A stretch of 64,000 bases of DNA, taken from the NCBI GenBank assembly GCA_965215265.1, contig OZ244048.1, forward strand, positions 2,592,001 to 2,656,000, given 5' to 3'. The notes below the pieces were generated by a model. It was given only the letters and a program-made list of their open reading frames with translations. It was not told where the DNA came from and did no database searches. Source of the DNA: Candidatus Poribacteria bacterium. GTDB taxonomy: Bacteria; Poribacteria; WGA-4E; WGA-3G. A program made the translations under genes and the position numbers. Positions 50,161 to 60,700 of the stretch are shown here, one piece after another (the stretch's first letter is position 1; every line of letters starts with the position of its first letter).

Positions 50161-50760
50161 TTAACCCGCGGTACGTTCTGCTTCAGCCGCAGCATCAGCA
50201 CTTTCACTTTCAACTTCTGATTCTTCCTTCTGATACCATTCAGTTTTAGTGAAGAGTCTCTTTAAAAATGGAACATTGCCGCGTTTGGCAACACTGTGGG
50301 TTCTTATCTTTTCTTGCAATTTGAGTAACCCTTCGATCAGTGCCTCTGGACGCGGTGGACAACCGGGCACGTATACATCAACCGGAATAATTCGATCGAC
50401 ACCTTTGAGTACATGATATCCGTGTTGCCAATAGGGACCGCCGCTGGTCGCGCAGCTGCCCATTGAGATAACATACTTGGGTTCCGGCATCTGTTCATAA
50501 AGCCGCTTAATTCTTGTCGCCATTTTCAAAGTGACGGTACCGGAGATAACCATCAAATCTGATTGACGCGGTGTGGCACGCGGTACCCCTGCGCCGAACC
50601 TATCCAGATCGTAATTGGACGCGGCAGCCGCCATAAATTCGATTGCACAACAAGCGAGCCCGAACGTCATCGGCCACAGTGCAGATGAACGTGCCCAGTT
50701 GGCGACAGCATCAACCGACGTAACAATAACGTTTTTGTCCAACTTCTCATCAATTATCAC
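50161..50760 (-). CDS. nuoB: NADH-quinone oxidoreductase subunit B
   Basis: [25 protein letters not shown]. Confidence 0.96.
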   Translation of the reverse strand: MIIDEKLDKNVIVTSVDAVANWARSSALWPMTFGLACCAIEFMAAAASNYDLDRFGAGVPRATPRQSDLMVISGTVTLKMATRIKRLYEQMPEPKYVISMGSCATSGGPYWQHGYHVLKGVDRIIPVDVYVPGCPPRPEALIEGLLKLQEKIRTHSVAKRGNVPFLKRLFTKTEWYQKEESEVESESADAAAEAERTAG

Positions 50761-51160
50761 GAACTTCTTCCCTCCTTAACGATTGAACTGCCTGTTGTGT
50801 CGAGCGGATCCACTCCAGATCGCCTTTTGCCCAGACGTAGGCAAGCCCAATTAACAGGATAGTGATAAAAACCAGCATCTCCAAAAATGCGAAAAGTCCC
50901 AATTTGCGGAAGACAACCGCCCATGGGAAAAGGAACACCGTCTCTACATCAAAGATCAGGAAGATAAGCGCAATCACATAAAAACGCGTGTTAAACCTAA
51001 TTCGCGTGTCTCCAACCGGGTCCTCGCCGCACTCATAAGGCAGGTACTTTTCACTTGAAAACAACTTCGTATGCAAGAGGCGGGAAATAGTCAGGTTTAG
51101 GACGACAAATAGACAGCCGACAATTAAAAAAATTAACACATTGGCAAAATTAAAAAGCAT
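50750..51160 (-). CDS. nuoA: NADH-quinone oxidoreductase subunit A
   Basis: [25 protein letters not shown]. Confidence 0.96.
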   Translation of the reverse strand: MLFNFANVLIFLIVGCLFVVLNLTISRLLHTKLFSSEKYLPYECGEDPVGDTRIRFNTRFYVIALIFLIFDVETVFLFPWAVVFRKLGLFAFLEMLVFITILLIGLAYVWAKGDLEWIRSTQQAVQSLRREEVRDN

Positions 51161-51241
51161 CTCAGTTTTCCTTCATAACCTAATTCAGCAACGTTGCAGT
51201 ACAGGTTGCAAGCTTCACCCTAAAATTACATCTATATTAAA

Positions 51242-51270
51242 ATTATATACCATATTGCAACCATTTGCAA
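51242..51270 (-). promoter_or_regulatory. sigma70-like promoter for nuoABC
   Basis: TTGCAA-N17-TATAAT on the minus strand. Confidence 0.6.
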
Positions 51271-51414
51271 GAAAAAATTGGTTTCTGATTTTCATTTTAG
51301 CACGTGCTGTCTTTAGCAGCTGCTATTGGGACAGAACGCCTAAACAGCGCAGATCAGATCAATACTCAGGCAAATTTTTCCCTGGATGTCATGTACACTT
51401 AACCTAACGGAATG

Positions 51415-52146
51415 CTACTCTACCGTCAGTGAGACGGTATTGGATAGGAGTGCTGATTTCCCACGTCGAGATTTGACGGGGAGATAAATAGGCCTAGCTT
51501 CAGCTTTGTGTTTTTCTTGAATATATTCAATCTGTGCCTGCATTTCGTTGATTGCATCGGTTTTTACCGCAGCAGAGAGGGCTGCATCCCTGTTAGATTG
51601 AAGCCGTCTAATATCACGTTCTAATTCAATCACTTGAGGATGTGGCTCTATAACAGATTCTCGGTAAACCTCAAGCGTCAATGCAACGGTTACCGAGTAA
51701 TTTCCGGGCTGAAGGCGGTAGTATGGCTGCAAATCTTCCAGCTGCACAACCTGATGTGCGGCTGCCTTCAGTTCGAACCCTTGAATACAACGAACTGATT
51801 TTCCGTCACGCATGATATATTTGGAATAGGCTTCTGTCGTAATCGGACGTTTGGATTTAACGAGCTCTCCGTTAGCATCTGTAATGGTTAGCTCGGCAAA
51901 TGCCCTTTTTGTTGCAACGTTAACAAACGGCACGAGGAGGTCGAATTTCCCAGTCTGAATGCTGAGTTCAAGGGGTATCGGTTCTTTTTCGGTGTAATGC
52001 GTTTTAGGTATTGAGAGATGCAGTTCAGCGAGTGCGCGCGGGGCAGCCCCTTCTGTCTCACTCGGTGCCGCCGGTTGCTGCTGCCGAGCGAGGCATCCCA
52101 TCATAGAAAAAAAGAGCAAAAGATAAATAGGAATAAATTTCTTCAT
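51415..52146 (-). CDS. hypothetical lipoprotein (Ig-like fold with coiled-coil insert)
   Basis: MKKFIPIYLLLFFSMMGC lipobox-like signal; AAGGA RBS. Confidence 0.75.
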   Translation of the reverse strand: MKKFIPIYLLLFFSMMGCLARQQQPAAPSETEGAAPRALAELHLSIPKTHYTEKEPIPLELSIQTGKFDLLVPFVNVATKRAFAELTITDANGELVKSKRPITTEAYSKYIMRDGKSVRCIQGFELKAAAHQVVQLEDLQPYYRLQPGNYSVTVALTLEVYRESVIEPHPQVIELERDIRRLQSNRDAALSAAVKTDAINEMQAQIEYIQEKHKAEARPIYLPVKSRRGKSALLSNTVSLTVE

Positions 52147-52197
52147 AGCAAATCCTTCCTGTCTGTTGATAAGTCAGCAGATATCCGAATTCAAATT

Positions 52198-53295
52198 TTA
52201 TAGACTGTCCTCGGTTCCAAGTGTCATCCCCAATCCAGTTCGCTTGGGTACTTCAATAAAACCGTCCATGATCTTCTCGGGCGGAGAGATGAGGGATGCG
52301 CGCCAGTCTACTTCACCCCACGCGTATTCAAGAATAGCGAAATTTGGAACACTCGCCATGCACTGCACGCTGGCACTCGTTGCGACCGGCCCACTCGGAT
52401 TGTGTGGCGTTACCATGACGCTCCTTGCCTCAGCGAGAATCGCTATCTTTTTCAACCCTAATAGCCCGCCCACATGTTTAACATCGGGGAGGATGTAGTC
52501 AACATGTCCATGTCTAAGCAGGGCATCGAAACTGCTCACAGTGCGCAATTGTTCACCCGTCGCAATCGGCATAGAGGTAGATTGACTCACATGCGCGAGT
52601 GCATCCAAGTCGTTCAGTGGTACCGCATCTTCAATCCAAAAAAGGTGAAGGTCGTCCAATTCTTTAGCGGTTTGGATGATGAGCCCGGGGTTAAAACGGC
52701 TGTGGCAATCTACCATCAGATCTACATCTGCACCAATCGCGGCACGAATCGCGCGGATACGCTCAATGCCCAAACGGATGCAACGTGCAAGGCTGCTGCT
52801 TGAAAGGGTACGCACCGATACATCGTCAAACGGTGCGCATTTTATTGCAGTGAACCCTTCGCCGGCAGCCTGCTCTGCGTTTCGTGCGAAGCCGGATGGA
52901 CTTCTATCTACCGTCGCCCGGTTGATATTCGCGTAAAGACGAATCTTATCACGGCAACGTCCACCTAGCAATAGATACGCTGGTACATTTAGGGCCTTAC
53001 CGGCCAAATCCCATAGCGCTTGTTCAATCCCGCTAATTGCTGTATGATAAGCGTGCCCTTCATTATCACGGTAGAAACGTTGGCGAAATCTCTCCGTATA
53101 AAATACGTTCCAGCCAAGCAGCGCGGGGGTGAACGTTTCGATCAGGTGTGAGACACGCGTATCATCACTACCATGGGACGCTTCACCGATGCCAACTGTT
53201 CCATCATCAGCATGCACTTTGACGAAGAGCCAATCGCCACGGTGGTTTACCTGAACAATTTCGGTTTCTATGGCAGTAATTTTCAGTTCCTGCAT
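52198..53295 (-). CDS. mandelate racemase/MLE family dehydratase (DgoD-like paralogue)
   Basis: GIGEA, ALWDLAGK, KCAPFD, VDCH, WIED, ATGE, PHNPSGP. Confidence 0.88.
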   Translation of the reverse strand: MQELKITAIETEIVQVNHRGDWLFVKVHADDGTVGIGEASHGSDDTRVSHLIETFTPALLGWNVFYTERFRQRFYRDNEGHAYHTAISGIEQALWDLAGKALNVPAYLLLGGRCRDKIRLYANINRATVDRSPSGFARNAEQAAGEGFTAIKCAPFDDVSVRTLSSSSLARCIRLGIERIRAIRAAIGADVDLMVDCHSRFNPGLIIQTAKELDDLHLFWIEDAVPLNDLDALAHVSQSTSMPIATGEQLRTVSSFDALLRHGHVDYILPDVKHVGGLLGLKKIAILAEARSVMVTPHNPSGPVATSASVQCMASVPNFAILEYAWGEVDWRASLISPPEKIMDGFIEVPKRTGLGMTLGTEDSL

Positions 53296-53303
53296 CCGTT
53301 TTG

Positions 53304-53951
53304 CTATACCTCAGCCGCCCATTTCGCTGCTTGGGTAATTAGCTGCTGCATACCGGCCCGTTCAAAGGTGCCGGGACCATGTCCCAGCGTCGTGTAAAAG
53401 ACGCGTCCGGAACCGTAAGGTTTAACCCACGCCATCGGATGTGCCTTGCCGAACCATTCTGCTGAGGCTAACACATGGATGTGTGGATGGTGTGCGGAGA
53501 TATAGATTTCATCCTCCACATCAAAATCCGTTATACCTCGCGTTGTCGGATGATCCGTATCTTCAATATGAACGGTAAAGGTTGAACCGGGTGGATGCCA
53601 GTTTGAATGCCCGCCAATGAGGTCTACTGCCTGTCCACCTATCCACCAGGCAGTGCCGTGAATCCCGACGAGCCCTTTACCGCCGTGCACAAACTCAAAC
53701 AGCCCTGCTTCTTCGTCATCAGCAAGATCTGATACGCGTTCGACAGAACCGTCTGCTTGCCGCTCGGTACGCGTAAAACCGGTCCCAAAGACACATGCAT
53801 CGTAAGTACTCAACTCAGGAGAAGCTAAAATTGATTTATCGTCGGTTAACGTTGCTGAAAGTTCAGAATCCGCTGCGAGAAAGTCGTGAATCACTGTAGC
53901 GCTTGCATTAAAGCGATGATTTTCACCAGATAGCACGAGAATTTTTGACAT
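53304..53951 (-). CDS. ThuA-like domain protein
   Basis: GGKGLVGIH, DHPTTRGI.DF.VEDEIY, PMAWVKPYGSGRVFYTTLGH. Confidence 0.88.
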   Translation of the reverse strand: MSKILVLSGENHRFNASATVIHDFLAADSELSATLTDDKSILASPELSTYDACVFGTGFTRTERQADGSVERVSDLADDEEAGLFEFVHGGKGLVGIHGTAWWIGGQAVDLIGGHSNWHPPGSTFTVHIEDTDHPTTRGITDFDVEDEIYISAHHPHIHVLASAEWFGKAHPMAWVKPYGSGRVFYTTLGHGPGTFERAGMQQLITQAAKWAAEV

Positions 53952-54260
53952 GGTTGTCTCCTTTGGAACAGCACAATGGCGTTAGAAAGAAACAGGTCAT
54001 GTGGTAGGCGCGCTGTGACAATACGCGTTTACCAAATTACTTCAACGTAACAACTATTGTAAATCAAAATCAAAATTGTGTCAACCGTTTTTTTTCGTCA
54101 ATTCCCATCTACCGCTTTTTTTTCGTGAGTTGCCGGTAAGTGCGATGGAGCGTTCTCTGTGTGAAAAACCGTGTCAGCCACCTCGCAGAGCGGTATCTCC
54201 CTAACCCTTTTCTCACAAACCCTCTACAAAAAATTGGGGCAAATGAGGACGACAAAAATA

Positions 54261-54289
54261 TTGCTCTGTTTTCTATAAGCTGCTATAAT
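54261..54289 (+). promoter_or_regulatory. sigma70-like promoter upstream of hsdS
   Basis: TTGCTC-N17-TATAAT with TG extension. Confidence 0.5.
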
Positions 54290-54337
54290 TGCTACAGAAA
54301 TCAAATCATAAAAAAAACTAAGACTTATCAATAAAGA

Positions 54338-55678
54338 GTGGTTATAATGCGTGAGATGAATTTGCCGGAACATTGGAAAACGATGCCGCTAGTGGAGTTA
54401 TATGAGTTACCAAGGGGATGGGTATGGAAGACGCTCCAAGAAGTCTGCTTAGCCCCGCAATACGGATGGACAACGAAGGCAAGTCCACACGGAACGGTTC
54501 AGCTGCTCAGAACAACCGATATCACCACAGGTCTTCTCAATTGGGACACGGTTCCATTCTGTTCAGAAGAACCTCCAGACAAGGAGAAGTATCTGCTAAA
54601 AACAGGGGACATTGTCATTTCACGGGCAGGATCTGTTGGCTATAGCCACTTGGTGAAAAATCCACCAGATGCAGTGTTTGCGTCATACTTGATTCGTTTC
54701 CGTCCTTTACCGATGGTTGATGCAGACTATCTTTCATTTTTCTTGCAAAGTTCGTTTTATTGGAATGCGATTTCAACGACAAAGATGGGGAGCACTCTCC
54801 CGGGCGTAAATGCGACAAAACTCAAGCGAGTGCCGGTTCCCCTCCCCCCACTGCCCGAACAACGCGCCATTGCCCACGTCTTACAGACGATCCAAGAAGC
54901 CAAAATCACGCGGCAACGCGAGATTGCATTAGCGCGTGAGCATAAAGCAGCGTTGATAGATTACCTCTTTTCACACGGCACGAAGGGTGAACCCCGCAAA
55001 CAGACAGAGATTGGGGAAATTCCGGAACGTTGGAAAACGATGCCGCTAGTGGAGTTATATGAGTTACCAAGGGGATGGGTGTGGAAGACGCTCCAAGAAG
55101 TCTGCTTAGCCCCGCAATACGGATGGACAACGAAGGCAAGTCCACACGGAACGGTTCATCTACTCAGAACAACCGATATTACCACAGGTCTTCTCAAGTG
55201 GGACACGGTTCCATTCTGTTCAGAAGAACCTCCAGACAAGGAGAAGTATCTGCTAAAAACAGGGGACATTGTCATTTCACGGGCAGGATCTGTTGGCTAT
55301 AGCCACTTGGTGAAAAATCCACCAGATGCAGTGTTTGCGTCATACTTGATTCGTTTCCGTCCTTTACCGATGATTGATGCAGACTATCTTTCATTTTTCT
55401 TGCAAAGTTCGTTTTATTGGAATACGATTTCAACCACAAAGATGGGGAGCACTCTCCCGGGCGTAAATGCGACAAAACTCAAGCGAATCCCGGTTCCTCT
55501 CCCTCCACTGCCCGAACAACGCACGATTGCACAGGTTTTTCAGGCAATTGAGGAAAAAATCGCAGCCCTTGAACAAGAAGTGATATATTTAGATGAGTTG
55601 TTCTACGCTATGCTGGAGGAACTGATGACAGGACAGAGGACTGCTTTGCCTTTACTTGAAAACGGCGTGATACAATGA
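54338..55678 (+). CDS. hsdS: type I restriction-modification specificity subunit with two near-identical TRDs; no hsdM/hsdR in window
   Basis: PLPPLPEQRAIA / PLPPLPEQRTIA conserved regions, KQTEIGEIPERW spacer, C-terminal ELMTG; start may be 54347 or 54356. Confidence 0.93.
   Translation: MVIMREMNLPEHWKTMPLVELYELPRGWVWKTLQEVCLAPQYGWTTKASPHGTVQLLRTTDITTGLLNWDTVPFCSEEPPDKEKYLLKTGDIVISRAGSVGYSHLVKNPPDAVFASYLIRFRPLPMVDADYLSFFLQSSFYWNAISTTKMGSTLPGVNATKLKRVPVPLPPLPEQRAIAHVLQTIQEAKITRQREIALAREHKAALIDYLFSHGTKGEPRKQTEIGEIPERWKTMPLVELYELPRGWVWKTLQEVCLAPQYGWTTKASPHGTVHLLRTTDITTGLLKWDTVPFCSEEPPDKEKYLLKTGDIVISRAGSVGYSHLVKNPPDAVFASYLIRFRPLPMIDADYLSFFLQSSFYWNTISTTKMGSTLPGVNATKLKRIPVPLPPLPEQRTIAQVFQAIEEKIAALEQEVIYLDELFYAMLEELMTGQRTALPLLENGVIQ
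54365..55530. repeat. ~500-bp direct repeat inside hsdS (offset 657 bp, about 13 differences)
   Basis: 54365-~54870 vs 55022-~55527, compared by eye. Confidence 0.92.
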
Positions 55679-55738
55679 GCGAAATCCGCCGGGGCTGTCG
55701 ATGGAGAAGAGACAGGCAATAAATTGCACAACTACGTC

Positions 55739-56686
55739 CTATTTGCGCCACCAACTTTTTTTCCCTTGGTACGATGCAAGCAGTTTTGAAATTGCCTTGT
55801 CCTTTTTATTTAGATGTAATACTTGTTCACACGCTTGAATCACTTTTCGTTTTGCAATCTCTGTTTTTGTGGAAGAATAGATATGGTGATAACTTTGTGC
55901 GACAGCAGTATAGTACGCAGTGCTGTCTACCTCCTCTGGTACCTCGTCAGAAAGCGCTGCAAGACACCCGGTCGCCTCCTCCCAGAGTGCCGCCTTCGCG
56001 TAACAGATAACCTTGTGGAACAACGGCGCAGGTCGAGAATCATCCAGCCAATACGCTTGTTCATAACAGGTAATCGCTTCCGGGTAAGCGCCATTAGCAG
56101 CATGCAAGCGGGCGAGTTCCATATAGAAGGCGTACAAACCACTTTCCGCTATGCTGTAGAGTTCCGTGGCTGTATTGATGAGCCATCCTCGCTCCAATAA
56201 AAATTCAATAGCGGAATTAACTTCAGTATCGGTTATGCTGATATCGGTGAGAAGATGCTTAGCAACGGCCGCGTTCGGAAAAATCTTGGTGCGACTTTTC
56301 AGCAATGGATACGCTTGGACGGGTTTATCCATTGTTAACAACTTTATGCCTGTAGCGATACGGAACAAGGAGACGATGCGGTCGCTATTTTTACGGGACA
56401 TTTCATCGGCAACTTGCTCCTGATTCTCCAAGAAATGCTGATTGAGGGCAACCATCGCATTTCGGATATCGGTATTTTCTGGCGCGAGTTGATGTGCTGC
56501 TGCTAAAAACCTTTGTGCTTCTAGGAGTTCCCTCCACTCCCGATAGATAATTCCAATCCGAAAATTGGCAACTGCCAGCGTTGACCTTTCCTCATCAGTA
56601 GAGAGAATGCTATCGTAGGCTTGGATGGCCTCGGGGAGGTGTCCCTCATTTTCCAGCGTTTGAGCGTGAATAATTGCATTTTGCAT
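55739..56686 (-). CDS. TPR-like helical repeat protein
   Basis: EAIQAYDSIL, EAITCYEQAYWLD helical hairpins; the ORF can extend to 56746. Confidence 0.75.
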   Translation of the reverse strand: MQNAIIHAQTLENEGHLPEAIQAYDSILSTDEERSTLAVANFRIGIIYREWRELLEAQRFLAAAHQLAPENTDIRNAMVALNQHFLENQEQVADEMSRKNSDRIVSLFRIATGIKLLTMDKPVQAYPLLKSRTKIFPNAAVAKHLLTDISITDTEVNSAIEFLLERGWLINTATELYSIAESGLYAFYMELARLHAANGAYPEAITCYEQAYWLDDSRPAPLFHKVICYAKAALWEEATGCLAALSDEVPEEVDSTAYYTAVAQSYHHIYSSTKTEIAKRKVIQACEQVLHLNKKDKAISKLLASYQGKKSWWRK

Positions 56687-56773
56687 AGCGCAAGGACTTT
56701 CCTTCTCAATCTGCTTCATAGAAACAACAGAGACTGGCTGCTTCAACCTTTGCCTTCTTTACCTTGACTCAGA

Positions 56774-56998
56774 TCAGCCTGCCGTTTGTGATTCTGGCTC
56801 AGATATCCATTCTTCGGTGGATTCAGAGAACGCCTCGGAAAGCTCTGTGGAAACAGTCTGCTCAAGCAGTTCAATGAGATCTCCCCGGAATTTAATCCAA
56901 TCTTTGCCACGCCGGGTGAACCGGTACCTATCATCAATTTCAACAAACATCGTATCATTAGGTTCAGACATAGACTCAAAATAGCGAGTGACGTTCAT
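56774..56998 (-). CDS. small acidic hypothetical protein (74 aa)
   Basis: AAGGA RBS; lies between co-oriented genes. Confidence 0.65.
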   Translation of the reverse strand: MNVTRYFESMSEPNDTMFVEIDDRYRFTRRGKDWIKFRGDLIELLEQTVSTELSEAFSESTEEWISEPESQTAG

Positions 56999-57085
56999 GG
57001 TTTTCCTTTCTTTTTACATTTCAACAAAAAATATGTAAGGACGGCTATTATCAAGCATCTGTGGTTCCGGTTTACGTAGGTATTG

Positions 57086-57784
57086 TTAGATAATCCATTC
57101 GTGCATTTCCCATCCGGAGGCGAGTGCTCGCTGGCGGAGGGTCCTTCCGGGATTTACAACCGCAGGATTTCCGACGCACTGCAACATCGGCAGATCAGCT
57201 TTACTATCGCTATATGCGTAACACTGTTCAAGCGAAATTCGGTTTGCGGTGGCGAAGGCGTGCATCGCTTCTGCTTTCTGTTCTCCGATAAGTGGCGGTG
57301 TTGTGAGTTCTCCTGTGAATAAGCCTGCCTGTTCGCACAGTTGTGGTGCTAAGACGCAGTCGACCTCTAGGTAGTCAGCAAGCGGCTGCATAATAAAGTC
57401 AAGGGAGCCGGTCACGAGGACTATGGCTGCGCCTTGGTTCTTATGTTCCTGAATTTGCTCTATCGCAGCCGGAAAGATTTTTTCATGAAGGTAGTCGTCA
57501 AACATCTCCGTACACAATGCCTTAACGTCCTCTGCATTCATATTTCGATAGTTACGATAGAAGACCTGGTTAAATCGTGGACGGCTTATCCGGTCTAAAA
57601 TCAGATAGTAAGCGATTTTAGGCAGGAAGCATGCCAACCACAAAGGTTTCAAAAAGAACGGAAGCGAAGCAGTACGCAACCATAAGTAGTAATGTACAAT
57701 CGTAGAATCCAGTAGTGTACCATCTACATCAAAGAATGCTACGGTTTCAGATGTTACGGCATCTGCCAAGCTTTTTGTATCCAC
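57086..57784 (-). CDS. HAD-superfamily subfamily IB hydrolase
   Basis: AFFDVDGTL, LVTGS, FTG, AYSDSKADLPML...VGNP..VNP; starts 2 nt after the upstream stop. Confidence 0.93.
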   Translation of the reverse strand: MDTKSLADAVTSETVAFFDVDGTLLDSTIVHYYLWLRTASLPFFLKPLWLACFLPKIAYYLILDRISRPRFNQVFYRNYRNMNAEDVKALCTEMFDDYLHEKIFPAAIEQIQEHKNQGAAIVLVTGSLDFIMQPLADYLEVDCVLAPQLCEQAGLFTGELTTPPLIGEQKAEAMHAFATANRISLEQCYAYSDSKADLPMLQCVGNPAVVNPGRTLRQRALASGWEMHEWII

Positions 57785-57786
57785 TA

Positions 57787-60700
57787 TTAGCTCCGTTTGG
57801 ATAGAGTTTCCGCGAGTTCCGCTACACGGTTTTGAGTCAATTCTAGGAAATCTTGGTATCTGTCAGGTTCCATCAGCACGTCTCCACTTTGCATATCGAA
57901 GGTGAGCGGTTCTCCGAACACGATACGGACAGGATGTTTTTTCGGGAAGTTTCTCCCTTTTGGAAGTGCATCATAAGTCCCTTCAATATACGCAGGTATA
58001 ATTGGGACATTAGGTCCATAAATTAACAGGCTGAGGATGCCGGGTTTGAAAGGTTGAAGGTTCCCATTAACGGAGCGGGTCCCCTCGGGGAATATAAGGA
58101 GTCCATTATTCTGTTCCATCACTTCATTCGCTATCCGCAAATCTTGGAGAAATTCTGTAAAATTGCCTTCGCGTTCTATCGGCAAGGCATTCAGGCAGTT
58201 TTGAGCGAACCACCCCTGCAGTCGGTTCGCGAACCAATAATCCCGCGCTGCGAGCGTCCAGAGTTGATATGCCTTTGGTCCTAAGGCGGTAATCACTGTG
58301 AGCGTATCTAAGTGGCTGGTATGATTCGGTGTAATAATGTAGGGTTGCCCATGCGGAATATGTTCCAATCCGTGACATTCTAGTGAAAAATAGTGCTTAT
58401 AGATGCTGCTGATGACAGCGCGGAAGGCGCGTGCGTACCACGGAGGCACCTGTCTAATTTCAGTAGCTGCAGCGTCACCATCAAAAACTGTTCTGTCAAC
58501 GCCTGGGTTTTCTGCTGTCGCTATTGCGTCAAAATTCTGTATCAATCCAACCACATCTCCAACCGTTTGCAAATTCGCGAGCATCGCATCCGGGATAGTT
58601 TGTCCAACCCTTCCTTCAAGAAGTAACAACAGATCCAGTTTCATGAGGGAATCAAGCCCAAGGTCAGTGTCTAAGCCGCTTTTCGGCAGAATTTGGTCTG
58701 CCGGCATACGCGCCAATCGGGCGAGCGGTAACAGGATCTCTTCTGGAATCTCTGAATGAGCTACGTTTTGCGTACGCGGTATCTGGTTGCTTTTTGGAGT
58801 CCTTTGTGCCTCTGCTGCGAGCTGTGCCTGAAGAACCGTTTTTACGCCTTGCCGATCGATTACGTTATCAGATGTTTTAGGTAGGCCGGTCTTCCAAAAA
58901 TGTATTTTGTGAAACTGTTGGTAACTCGGCAACTCCTTGGCCCTGGTCTGAAGATATTTCAGAATATCCGCTTCAGTTGTCGCATCTCCTTGCTGCATAT
59001 CATTGGTTCCTGCTAAGGGAGCGGGCACAACCACTGCGTGGATGGCTGTGTCTGTTCCATCGTTGTCAGGAATGCCAACGACACAGATTTCAGAGATGGC
59101 TGGATGATTGTGATAAAGCGCCTCTAATTCTATAGGATACACATTTTTTCCTGTCGTAGGCACAATAATGTCCTTACAGTGGCCGGTAATATAGAGGTAC
59201 CCCTCTGCATCCATGTATCCAAGGTCACCGGTATAGAGCCATCCATCGCGAAGAGTTTTGTCGGTGGCAGCGGGATTTTGATAGTACCCTTTCATTGTGC
59301 TCGGACCTTTGGCGATAATTTCACCAATTCCGTGACTGTCTGGATTTTCAATCCGGAGCTCTACCCCCTCTACCGCCGGGCCGACAGAGCCCCGTTTGCT
59401 CTTCAGATACGGATTAACGCTGAGTACCGGTGCGGTTTCTGTCATTCCATAACCTTGGTAGAGGGTAAGCCCTAATTTTTCGAATCCGTCGTAAACTGCA
59501 TCGGAAAGCGATGCGCCGCCGCTAACAAGTACACGAATGTCGCCCCCCATAATTGTTTTTGCCTTTTCGGCTAAGGGTTTGTCTACATTTTTATCTCGTG
59601 CGGCTTGCCGTTCAATGGTGTTTTGGAGCATCTGATAGAGACGCGGTACGCCGATAAACGCAGTGATTTTTGCCTCACGCATCGTCTTCAGAAGCGTTGT
59701 GGGCTTTAGTGCGTTGACATAGATGGCCGTTGTGCCACTGTAGAATGCCATTAGTAGACTGCACGAGAAACTCAAGGCATGATATAATGGAAGAGCAGAT
59801 AGGATGCGCTCGGTATCCGTCGGCGGGAGTGCTTTAGCGACGGCTCGAACGTTAGAGATAAAGCCGCCATGCGTCAACATCGCGCCTGTTGCATCCACCG
59901 TGGTACCCATTGTGAAGATAATGGAAGCAACGGTGTCCGGAGAAACCGTTACATTCGGAAAATCATGGGATGTCGTGCTTTGCAAGGCTGGAGTGCCTAA
60001 TTCTGCTAACATCTCATTGATATTTTGCAATCGCCTGTTCGTTTTTGTTAACGCATCACCGCGTAAGGCTAAAACGTTTTCGGATACCAAAATTGATTTC
60101 GCTTGTGTGAATTCAGCGATGGCTAGAATTTCTGGCACCGGGGTTTGCGCGTCAAGTGGAACAAGAGCGACACCGATTTGGACTGCAGCGAGATAAGCGA
60201 TGCACCACGCCGGCTGATTTTCTGAAACCAAAACCGCCCTATCGCCTTTTCGTAACCCGCTTTCCCATAATTGAAACGCGATGTGACGTGAACAAGTGTA
60301 GGTCTCCGCGTAAGTGTACTGTTCCCACTTCCCGTCTTTTAACATCTCGAGTGCGGTTTTATCCGGGATTCGCTGTGCCTGCATTTTTACCAGATCGACT
60401 ATGGTTTTGGGCGAAATGCAATCAATAGGATTTTCTGCATCTCCTTTTAGAGGCGAGGTGATTGTGCCAGATTCTGCTTTCCGTCCAGTAGATGCTTCTG
60501 CTTCATCTTCGGAATCTGCCATGCTCTGTTTTGACTCGGTGGCGCTACTGCTTTCGGATTCCTCCAATTTTAATACATGCCGCTTGATACCGGGGATATG
60601 AATTTCGTGAAAATACTGTTTCCAATGAATTTGAGAGACATCAAAGTTAAAGCGTTGCTGTTCAGCCGGTGAAAGAGTTTCGTAAAGCGCTTGCATCTTC

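Noticed and set aside
55675-55722. ATG overlapping the hsdS stop (MSEIRRG...) as a possible hsdR stub
   Set aside because: Only 15 codons; too short to support homology.
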